The notes under the pieces: generated by a model
Told to the model about the DNA's origin: nothing
The model's input: the letters and a program-made list of their open reading frames with translations, nothing else
Databases searched by the model: none
Source of the DNA: Histomonas meleagridis 2922-C6/04-290x
Taxonomy: Eukaryota > Protista > Parabasalia
Assembly (NCBI GenBank): GCA_020184695.1
Contig: JAANOX010000091.1
Coordinates: forward strand, 1-64,000
Length of the DNA: 64,000 bases
Direction of reading: 5' to 3'
Part shown: positions 24,962-32,924 of the stretch, piece after piece
Layout: each line of letters begins with the position of its first letter
Numbering within the stretch: the first letter of the stretch is position 1
Made by a program: the position numbers and the translations under genes

Positions 24962-26145
24962 TTAATCCTTAACAAAGAAAACTCCTTTTGCGTGTAAGTT
25001 CCATTCTTCGGTCCATTTCTTTCGTCCTGATTTGATGCTTCCTTCGCGTAGTCCTTCAATAGAAATTTCGTTACTAACAAAAAGCTTCCGAATGATTTCA
25101 CTTAGTTCTTTCCCATCGTTGAAAAGAAGTCCGTTTTCGCCTTCTTCAACAAGTTCTCTGATGCTTTGATATTCAATCGACAAAAGCGGTAAACCTGCAC
25201 CAATCATATCGAGGCCTTTCATAGGTAAATCGATCCCTGATGATGACTTATGAAGAGAAACTCCAACATCGCACGTACCAAGTAGCTCTGCATATTTTTC
25301 ATATTGAAGAAATTCAAAATAAAATGAAATGTTTCGGTAATTACGTCCTTTAACTTCGCTTTCGAATGAGCGACGCCCGGGACCAATCCCGGTGATGATG
25401 AATGAAAGACTTCGCGAATTACCTTCGAGAATTTCTTCTAAATAATCAGATGCTGTTAATAAAATGTTAATATCTTCGTCTGGCGTCCACGATGTAGATG
25501 TGATGACCCAAATGTCTTCTGAATTAATATTTAATTCTTCAGAATAACGCGTTCGTAACTCGGGACAATAACGAAACAGTGGCGACGGACGATCATAGAC
25601 AACTGTGCTTTGAATGTTTTCATTCAGTAAAAATTCTTGAAGTGATTTAGTAACTGTAATATGTCCATCTGCAAAACGTCCAAAAAAGATTTCTAAATAT
25701 TTAGAAATTTTAATAATAATATTTGGAACTTTGTGAACTTTTAATAACGAATATCCAAGATTGTGCCAGTCAATGACATAACGTTGGCCTTTAAAGAACT
25801 TTAATAAAAGACAAAATGGAATGGTCGGAATACTCGGTGGATTTTGTGAAACTATTAACTCAAATCTTGGAAGTCGAATAAATAATGTAAGTAATTGTAA
25901 AAATAACCATAAAATTTTAATTGGTGCATATATCGGAAATAAATAACGTGGTAAATCAATAAATGGACGAATTCGATGAATGTGAACATTTTTAGATTCT
26001 GATAGTTCTGAAAAAAATTTGACTTTCAGTATAGCCAACAAACATGAACTTCTGACTCTGGAAGATGTGAAAGACAAACACAATGATTTTGCATACGAGG
26101 ACTTCGTCCAATATCTCCTAAAACTATAACGACATAATTTGGCAT
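24962..26145 (-). CDS. ALG1: ALG1 chitobiosyldiphosphodolichol beta-mannosyltransferase, copy 2 (one apparent +1 frameshift at ~26040)
   Basis: Same motifs as copy 1. A single extra T (GTTTGTTGG vs GTTGTTGG) is probably a sequencing error. Confidence 0.88.
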
Positions 26146-26269
26146 GAAAAATTGATTTTTTTTATTTCGAAGTTTATGAATTGGTGAAAAGTGACAAAAT
26201 GAAAAATTAAAAAAAAAAATTAAAAAATGAAAAAATTAGAAAATTAGAAAATATTTTTTTATTTTGAAT

Positions 26270-27181
26270 TTATGATCTCTTTAATTCAAAAATAATATTA
26301 GCTCCATATTTACTTTCAAACTCTTTGAAATCAAATGAACTCATAAATTTCATTGAAAGAATTTCTTGATATTTCATTCGAATTTCAAGTGAAATTTTTT
26401 TTTGATTATTCCCTATAAATTTGAAATTAGTTCGATCATTATGTTGATATTTAATACCAATAACACTATTAAAATCTGTTTCATATCCAATATTTTCAAA
26501 ACCAACAAGAATTCCATATTGAAGTTTGTCTTGAATTTGATGTTTCATGACGAATTCAATCGATCGATCAAGATATGAGAAAATTGGAATAATTTCAATA
26601 TTTTTAATGTGAAAATTACTAAAAAATCGTGAATCTGAAATTCGTTTGTCTTTCCAATTATAAATACTATTAAATCCAATATTAATCGGGTGATGAAGAA
26701 ATGTTTCAACCAAAATTAAATTTAATCCATGAAATGTTTCAAATCGAATAGAATATTTATTATTAAAAATTGTCGTCGAACTATGAAAAATACGACGAAA
26801 TTGATCATTTGATGTACCTGTAGTAAAATAGAAATTTTCTTTAAATGTATATTTATTAAATGTAGTAAAATAACTCGTTTTAATTGATATTGGAAAATGT
26901 TCTTCAAATGAAATAGAAAAAATTGTTTTAAGACGTGGAATAAAATTATTAACAATATATATAATTTTGGGCGTTTCATCACTATAAATTTTCCCAATTA
27001 TTCGTGAATATGGAAATGTGATCGTACTTTCAAATTCTCCTCGAAGATCTCTTGAATTTTGTCGTTCAAATGTCGTTAAAAATTTATGTTGTTGATATGG
27101 AACAGATATCTGAAAAACTTGTGTTTCATTAAATTCGAAAAAATGTAAAAGTTTATTAATGTATTTGGAAACTGTCTTCAT
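26270..27181 (-). CDS. Porin_3 family (VDAC/Tom40-like) beta-barrel, probably hydrogenosomal outer membrane
   Basis: 303 aa. C-terminus GIKYQHNDRTNFKFIGNNQKKISL...SSFD...KYGANIIFE parallels VDAC AAKYQ...AKVNNSSLIGL...LLD...KLGLGLEFQ and ends in a beta-signal-like strand. Confidence 0.6.
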   Translation of the reverse strand: MKTVSKYINKLLHFFEFNETQVFQISVPYQQHKFLTTFERQNSRDLRGEFESTITFPYSRIIGKIYSDETPKIIYIVNNFIPRLKTIFSISFEEHFPISIKTSYFTTFNKYTFKENFYFTTGTSNDQFRRIFHSSTTIFNNKYSIRFETFHGLNLILVETFLHHPINIGFNSIYNWKDKRISDSRFFSNFHIKNIEIIPIFSYLDRSIEFVMKHQIQDKLQYGILVGFENIGYETDFNSVIGIKYQHNDRTNFKFIGNNQKKISLEIRMKYQEILSMKFMSSFDFKEFESKYGANIIFELKRS

Positions 27182-27578
27182 TAAAATGTATTAAAAAAGT
27201 GTCTAGATCTAAACGGTTTTCATGTATGAAATATTTTATCTTTGATTCAGAAGAAATTACATATAATATTTACTCATATATTAATAAAATAAATGTTTCT
27301 TCTTATTAAAACAATTTTGTATTTTATTATCTAAAACCAATAAATTAATGCATTGTATTCATATTTAATAGAAGGTTTCTTTTACTTTACATTTTTACTT
27401 TTTTTTTGATATTTACATTCAGAATTTATATTTTGATATTAACTAAAGAATTAATATTGGTGTCAATTTCTCCTAAGGTTTTGGTGGTGTTTTTTGGATA
27501 ATTAAGGGTACCCCGAAAGGGTAAAAATTGTGAATTAAGGGAAAAAATTGTTCGTTGGTCAATCATTCAAAATCTTCA

Positions 27579-27812
27579 ATGATCATTCCAGTAAGGTGCT
27601 TCACATGCGGTAACATCATCGGAAATAAGTGGGACGAATATCTCCGTCTTGTACAAGAAAATCCAAATAACAAGGGAGCAGCTCTTGATAAGCTCGGTTT
27701 AAAACGCTATTGTTGCCGTAGGATGCTTCTTGCTCACGTTGACCTTATAGATCGTATGCTTCATTACACAAGAACTGATGCAAGTGTTGGAAATGATGTT
27801 GATTCTGAATAA
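27579..27812 (+). CDS. RPB10: RNA polymerase I/II/III shared subunit RPABC5
   Basis: [11 protein letters not shown]...[20 protein letters not shown]. Confidence 0.97.
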   Translation: MIIPVRCFTCGNIIGNKWDEYLRLVQENPNNKGAALDKLGLKRYCCRRMLLAHVDLIDRMLHYTRTDASVGNDVDSE

Positions 27813-27984
27813 AACCGATCTTTTGTGATTCTTTTTTTTATTAATGATGCTTTAGTTGGGCCAACAAAACATGCTTTCGTAAATAAGAAAACCTTTAAAG
27901 ACAAGTTAAATTCGAAATTTGCGCATTTTCATAATACGTTGAGTTTTCCGGGGGTAATTTTTACCCTTTGGAGGAGATAGCACG

Positions 27985-28278
27985 ATGTCTGATAAAGAAG
28001 AAGCTGAAGGAGTGAAATCAGTTCGTGATTATTCAAAAAAGGTCAAGAAAGAAACACAGTTTGTAATTCCAATTGCAGAAACGTCAAATAGTAAAAAGCT
28101 GGTCACAATATCTCAATTCCATGGAAAGACAAGAATAGACATCAGAGAACATTATCTCAAAGATGATGAATGGCTTCCAACAAAGAAGGGCATCAATCTT
28201 GACGTTGATCAATGGAAGAAACTTCGTGAAATAATGCCTTTGGTTGATGAAGGAATTGAAGAATTTGAAAATAATTAA
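27985..28278 (+). CDS. SUB1: transcriptional coactivator PC4/Sub1
   Basis: VTISQFHGKTRIDIREHY...PTKKGINLDVDQWKKL. Confidence 0.92.
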   Translation: MSDKEEAEGVKSVRDYSKKVKKETQFVIPIAETSNSKKLVTISQFHGKTRIDIREHYLKDDEWLPTKKGINLDVDQWKKLREIMPLVDEGIEEFENN

Positions 28279-28283
28279 AGCAT

Positions 28284-29159
28284 TTATTGATTTTTGAAAT
28301 TAAACATTCCATCTAGAATACTCTTTTGTTTTTTAATTTCTGTAGCAACTTGTGATCTATTACACCAATCCAAAAGATCGGTATCTTTTTCCAACATACA
28401 TTTATACTTTGCAATGAGGAAATCAGCGGTTTCCTTTGACTTGTTTTCCAGGGCTTTTAAGTAAAATCTGCTAAAATTGACTAATGGCAATTCAAGAATT
28501 TTTTCGCATTTCAAAGACTCTGGAATGGATTCTCCAATGTTTTGTATAAAAGCTTTCGCATGCTTCAGACCGGTGTTTGAAATTGTTGAAAGAATTAACA
28601 TACATCTGCAAATTATATATTGTGAAATTTTGATCATTTGTTCTTTGTTTTCTTGGTAATAAAGGATCCATTTCCATTGCAAACGAATAAGATTTGAAAT
28701 TGTTTCTTCCCATTCAGATACATCATCGCTATTCGTAAGAATTTGGATTAAGAAAGATTGGGAATTTGAAAAATAATTTGCTTTACTCGCTATATATGCT
28801 TCTTTTTTCAAGATAGTATTGGTGCTTTTTGAGAATAAATAAGATAAATTTTGGCAAAACTTAAAATATTCTGGACAAGCTGCATCAGGAGTAGATAAAT
28901 CAAAAAACGAGAAAAATAATTCTTTCAATACTGTTTTGATGGTTGTTGCATCTTGTGGGAAAAGGTCGATTGATCTTGAAGCGCAAACAGAAGCATATTT
29001 CCAGTGATTATTTTGAGCAAGTAAAATTGCTAATTTCATGTAAAGAATCATTGCATCGTCAATCCTATTTTCTTTTTTTAATTTACGAATTATTACTTGC
29101 ATTCTTTCTACTGCAGCATATGCATCACCAGATTGTACAAGCTGAACAACCTGTTCCAT
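28284..29159 (-). CDS. GET4: GET4-like protein
   Basis: N-terminal GDAYAAVERMQVIIRKL and C-terminal PLVNFSRFYLKALE...FLIAKY match the Get4 pattern. Confidence 0.6.
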   Translation of the reverse strand: MEQVVQLVQSGDAYAAVERMQVIIRKLKKENRIDDAMILYMKLAILLAQNNHWKYASVCASRSIDLFPQDATTIKTVLKELFFSFFDLSTPDAACPEYFKFCQNLSYLFSKSTNTILKKEAYIASKANYFSNSQSFLIQILTNSDDVSEWEETISNLIRLQWKWILYYQENKEQMIKISQYIICRCMLILSTISNTGLKHAKAFIQNIGESIPESLKCEKILELPLVNFSRFYLKALENKSKETADFLIAKYKCMLEKDTDLLDWCNRSQVATEIKKQKSILDGMFNFKNQ

Positions 29160-29328
29160 TGCTAGAAACCGTTTAAATCCAAAGACAGAAGAAAATGCTG
29201 AAGAATCATTATTTTATAATTTTATTAAATGAACATAAAAACTGAGCATAAAATTTCGTATAATTTCATAAATTGCGAGTTCCATCATTAAAAAACAAAT
29301 TATATTTAATAACTTTACTAACAAAACA

Positions 29329-30510
29329 TCAGAAAATATGATATCTCTTATTAATCACATAAATCAATGCTACCAAAAACAATAAGAATATACATCTAAA
29401 ACTGGAATTACTTAATTCCAACTTCATTGCCGACAAGTACGCTAAGTCTCCTCCTTTCTTTAAGTCTTCCAACGGGAACTTATTAATGAAGTCGTCTGGT
29501 AAACAACTAAAAACACTTGTCAAGTATCTCATCGAAGCTTCTTTATGCTTCGAATGTACTTCGACCCAACCATCTAAGAAGGAAGCGCTTGTTTCTCTTC
29601 TTTTCGATGATTCTCGTATTATTATTCCGCATGCAAAAGGCGGAGCGTTCGGAAATATTTCGAATATTTGCGAAGCTAAATCTTTAACATCAACAACAGT
29701 AAGTTTCTTGACTATTGGAAATAGAACTGAAGCAACATGTTTATCGCGATGCGTTTTAATGCGTAACAAAAGTTCTTGAAGTCGAACATAATGCGCTGCT
29801 GTCGTTCGATATATCTTTTGGCGATTAAACGCATTGGCAATTAAATGAGATGAACAAATTGATACATTCGTAGATGTGACATCGAAATTTAATAATTCGG
29901 GTAAAAATAATTCAAGAAGTTGATGACTCATAAGTGGATCTAAGTGCGAAATACTGTTACTCAGTGTGGCTTCGCCCGATAAAAAACATATAATAGGTCC
30001 AACTTGTGATATTTGTGAATGTGTAAATGTAAATAATTCGGGAATTAGAAGATCTGGACGATTCTTAATAATGATGGATGCAAGTAACAAAGGACCTGTT
30101 GAAAATAGATTGTCGTCTGTTGATGATTCAATTAATTTGGATGTCAAAGGTTGAATGTCAATGGGATCAAAGGTGGACACAACACGTTGAATCGAACTGA
30201 CAAATTCGGAATCAACTTTGTCTTGAATAAAATTTAGTTGCTTTTGAAGTTCGGATTCATATTTTTCGGTGGAAAGTTTGTTTTTTTCTTCAAAAAACTT
30301 TTTAAAATCTGGTAATATGTTTTGGTCTGTTTCTTTAACAACTTCGTTTATGATTTCGGCAAGTTCTGTTATGGATGAAATTTGAGTATTTTCAATTCTT
30401 TGAAGAAAACTTTTTACAAGAGGACTTTGATGGTTTTCTTTTTGATCAACTTCTTCCTCGGCTTCTTTAGTTTCGTCATGAAGTGAATCAAACCGATTTA
30501 CATGAGCCAT
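29329..30510 (-). CDS. hypothetical helical protein with C-terminal TM anchor (possibly TMEM214-like)
   Basis: ORF with ATG at 30510 and a hydrophobic C-terminal helix. Family assignment is weak. Confidence 0.5.
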   Translation of the reverse strand: MAHVNRFDSLHDETKEAEEEVDQKENHQSPLVKSFLQRIENTQISSITELAEIINEVVKETDQNILPDFKKFFEEKNKLSTEKYESELQKQLNFIQDKVDSEFVSSIQRVVSTFDPIDIQPLTSKLIESSTDDNLFSTGPLLLASIIIKNRPDLLIPELFTFTHSQISQVGPIICFLSGEATLSNSISHLDPLMSHQLLELFLPELLNFDVTSTNVSICSSHLIANAFNRQKIYRTTAAHYVRLQELLLRIKTHRDKHVASVLFPIVKKLTVVDVKDLASQIFEIFPNAPPFACGIIIRESSKRRETSASFLDGWVEVHSKHKEASMRYLTSVFSCLPDDFINKFPLEDLKKGGDLAYLSAMKLELSNSSFRCIFLLFLVALIYVINKRYHIF

Positions 30511-30733
30511 ATTTCGTGGAGAAGAATAAATTTTTGTAATCGCCCGACCAAATAAAAACACAAAGACAAAAAAAATCGAAGATCCTCTGGTTTTATTTAT
30601 GTTTAATAACTAACATTGTGGAAATGTTGAAAGCAAGAATAGTTTCAACTATGAGTTAATGTGTTTATAGCATAAGTTTGAAATCAATTTTTTTTTCTTC
30701 CATGAAAAAATAAACGTTCTCTGGCCGATCTAA

Positions 30734-31195
30734 ATGAAGTTGATTCTTCAATTTGCTGAAACTGGGTCTGTTGTTGTTGGTGAAGAAACTGTTGGACAGA
30801 TTGGTCGTGGTGTCGTATGTTTGGTTGGAATTCACAAAGATGACACTGATGAAGATTTAGAATGGACAGTGAATAAACTATTATCATTTAAGTGCTTTGA
30901 TGGAGATGATGGCACACCAAATCAAAAAACAATCAGGGATATAAATGGAGAAATTCTATTAGTTTCACAATTTACTTTGCATGCTCGTCTGGGTTCTGGA
31001 AGAAGACCAGACTTTAGCCATTCTATGGGCGGCGAAAAAGCAAGGGCAGAGTTTCAAAAATTTGTGGACAAAGTTAAGGAAGCTTATGCACCAGAAAAGG
31101 TTCAAACTGGTGAATTCGGCGCAATGATGAAAGTTCACATAGTTAATGATGGCCCTATTACGTATACATTCGACTCGTTCAATAAGGCACAATAA
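30734..31195 (+). CDS. DTD1: D-aminoacyl-tRNA deacylase
   Basis: LVSQFTL, RPDF and GEFGAMMKVHIVNDGPIT motifs. Confidence 0.96.
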   Translation: MKLILQFAETGSVVVGEETVGQIGRGVVCLVGIHKDDTDEDLEWTVNKLLSFKCFDGDDGTPNQKTIRDINGEILLVSQFTLHARLGSGRRPDFSHSMGGEKARAEFQKFVDKVKEAYAPEKVQTGEFGAMMKVHIVNDGPITYTFDSFNKAQ

Positions 31196-31576
31196 AAGTT
31201 TTGATTATCTAAAAAAAAATTGAGTTTCTAATTTATGTTATATTAAAATTAATTTAAAAGAAGTATTTTAGTGGATAAATGCATTTTAATTTTTATAAAT
31301 TTCTAAAAAACGCGAAATGAATTAAAAAAATAATGATGTTTCTCAAGTTTAACATGATACAAAAGAAATAAAATACATACCATAAAGAAACCAGCTAAAA
31401 GCTATTGGTAATTTCTGATTGTTTTTTGTGTTAGTAACAATTTAAATTTTCAGCGTTTAAGGTTTTTCTTCTAAAGATGTAAAAAATGGCGAAAAAGTAA
31501 ACTTAATGCACTTCAAATAAGAGTGTTTACGTTTGGCGATTTTGTTAAAAAAAAAATCAAGAGGCAGGAATAAAAT

Positions 31577-31939
31577 TTACTTGGAATGCTTAAGAATAAC
31601 ATCACGAAGTGCGGTGTTATCAAGCCCCTGGATTTCGTCAACTTGGATTGGACCCTTTTGGCTATCAACTCCTTTGAAAAGTCGAACATTAGGAATTCCG
31701 GAAATTCCGTAATATTCAGCAAGCTCAGGGTTGTCGTCAACGTCTATCTTGATAAACTTAACTTTTGGATTTTCAGAAGCCATTTGTGGTAACATACCAG
31801 CTAGACGACGGCATGGAGCGCACCATTGTGCCCAAAAGTTTGCGACAACGAGATCATTAGACTGCTCAACAAGTGTTTTGAAGGCTTCAAAGTTTCCTTG
31901 AAAGTTGGTGATGTTTTCGCTTTCAGGTTTGGATGACAT
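31577..31939 (-). CDS. thioredoxin
   Basis: FWAQWCAPCR active site, KIDVDD and GIP. Confidence 0.93.
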   Translation of the reverse strand: MSSKPESENITNFQGNFEAFKTLVEQSNDLVVANFWAQWCAPCRRLAGMLPQMASENPKVKFIKIDVDDNPELAEYYGISGIPNVRLFKGVDSQKGPIQVDEIQGLDNTALRDVILKHSK

Positions 31940-31949
31940 TCGTTTTTGA

Positions 31950-31968
31950 CAAACCGCTGAAACCGTTT
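31950..31968 (-). promoter_or_regulatory. tandem M3-like core-promoter elements (AACGGTTT, AGCGGTTT) upstream of thioredoxin
   Basis: Match the trichomonad M3 consensus RRCSGTTD, just upstream of a TCA initiator-like site and the ATG. Similar motifs precede genes at ~11276, ~22147, ~29165 and ~46645. Confidence 0.5.
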
Positions 31969-32187
31969 ATTTGGACCTCATCTGACAAATTCATAAAATG
32001 GTGTCATCTTTATATTTTCCTTTTAAAACCCATTAAAACATATCCAAATCTTCAAAACAAAACTAATTAAAGTGAAACAAATTAGTATAATTTATTTAAC
32101 AAAATTAATTTTATAATATCGATTTAAGAATTAACCTTAGCCAAAAAAAACAACATGAAAATAATAGATTTTAATATATGTGGCTAT

Positions 32188-32616
32188 TTACTTTGTAATT
32201 GTAAGGTGGCAATTGCCGCAATAGAGACGGCCATCTTTATGTTTGGCCATGAAACAACCCTTGCAGTTTTCACATTCTTTGCGTTGTGGTTCAACAGAGC
32301 CATCCTTACCAATCTTGAATAACTTGAGGAGCTTCATCTTTTCCTTCTTGCGTGTATGTGGAACCCTCTTCTTTGTTGTGAAACTCTTCTTCTTCCTCTT
32401 CTTCTTCTTACCACCATCACATTCTGGGATGTCATAAAGAATTGAGTCTTCTTCAATTTCGTAATCTTGAAGAGTGAATTCATTTTCTAATTCTTGGCCA
32501 GCAAAAACAAGGAAGCCATCTGTATGAATCATTGACTTGATCTCCTCGACTGAGCTTGAGGATTCAACATTCAAACAGATTTGCTTTCCTTCGTTTGTCT
32601 TGACGAACAACCTCAT
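32188..32616 (-). CDS. RPS27A: 40S ribosomal protein eS31 (S27a) fused to a divergent ubiquitin-like domain
   Basis: GG-KKKKRKKKSFTTKKRVPH...RKECENCKGCFMAKHKDGRLYCGNCHLT. CCTTT (M5-like) lies immediately upstream of the ATG. Confidence 0.93.
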   Translation of the reverse strand: MRLFVKTNEGKQICLNVESSSSVEEIKSMIHTDGFLVFAGQELENEFTLQDYEIEEDSILYDIPECDGGKKKKRKKKSFTTKKRVPHTRKKEKMKLLKLFKIGKDGSVEPQRKECENCKGCFMAKHKDGRLYCGNCHLTITK

Positions 32617-32924
32617 CGAAAAGGTCGATTTCACAAGCTTTGTTTGGTCTAACCTTGTGGCCTTACGACATGTGATATTAAAAATAATGATTTTTTACTG
32701 GCTGTTATATTTAAGTATCTTGTTGATTATAAACCATATGCAATAATTGAAATACTCCATACTATAATGTAGGGAAATCAATATTTATTTATATTAAAAT
32801 TTGCAAGAGAACCGGGTCAACACGGACACGTACTTGCAAAACAGCATCAAATTTGTAATTATTCCCTGTATAACAAAATTCTCTATGAATAGTGCTATTT
32901 TTATGTCAAGTTTTTGTGTTACGT

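Larger units (their letters stand above)
24300..27407 (-). repeat. second copy of the inverted duplication
   Basis: Reverse complement of ~11087-14120. Confidence 0.93.

Noticed and set aside
27495-27520. cGAAAg tetraloop hairpin upstream of RPB10
   Set aside because: The stem is only 3-5 bp with no supporting RNA-family features, so it is too weak to call.
28270-28290. PC4 and GET4 stop codons only 5 nt apart (overlapping 3' ends)
   Set aside because: Tight convergent packing with TAAA stop/polyA signals is expected in trichomonad genomes.
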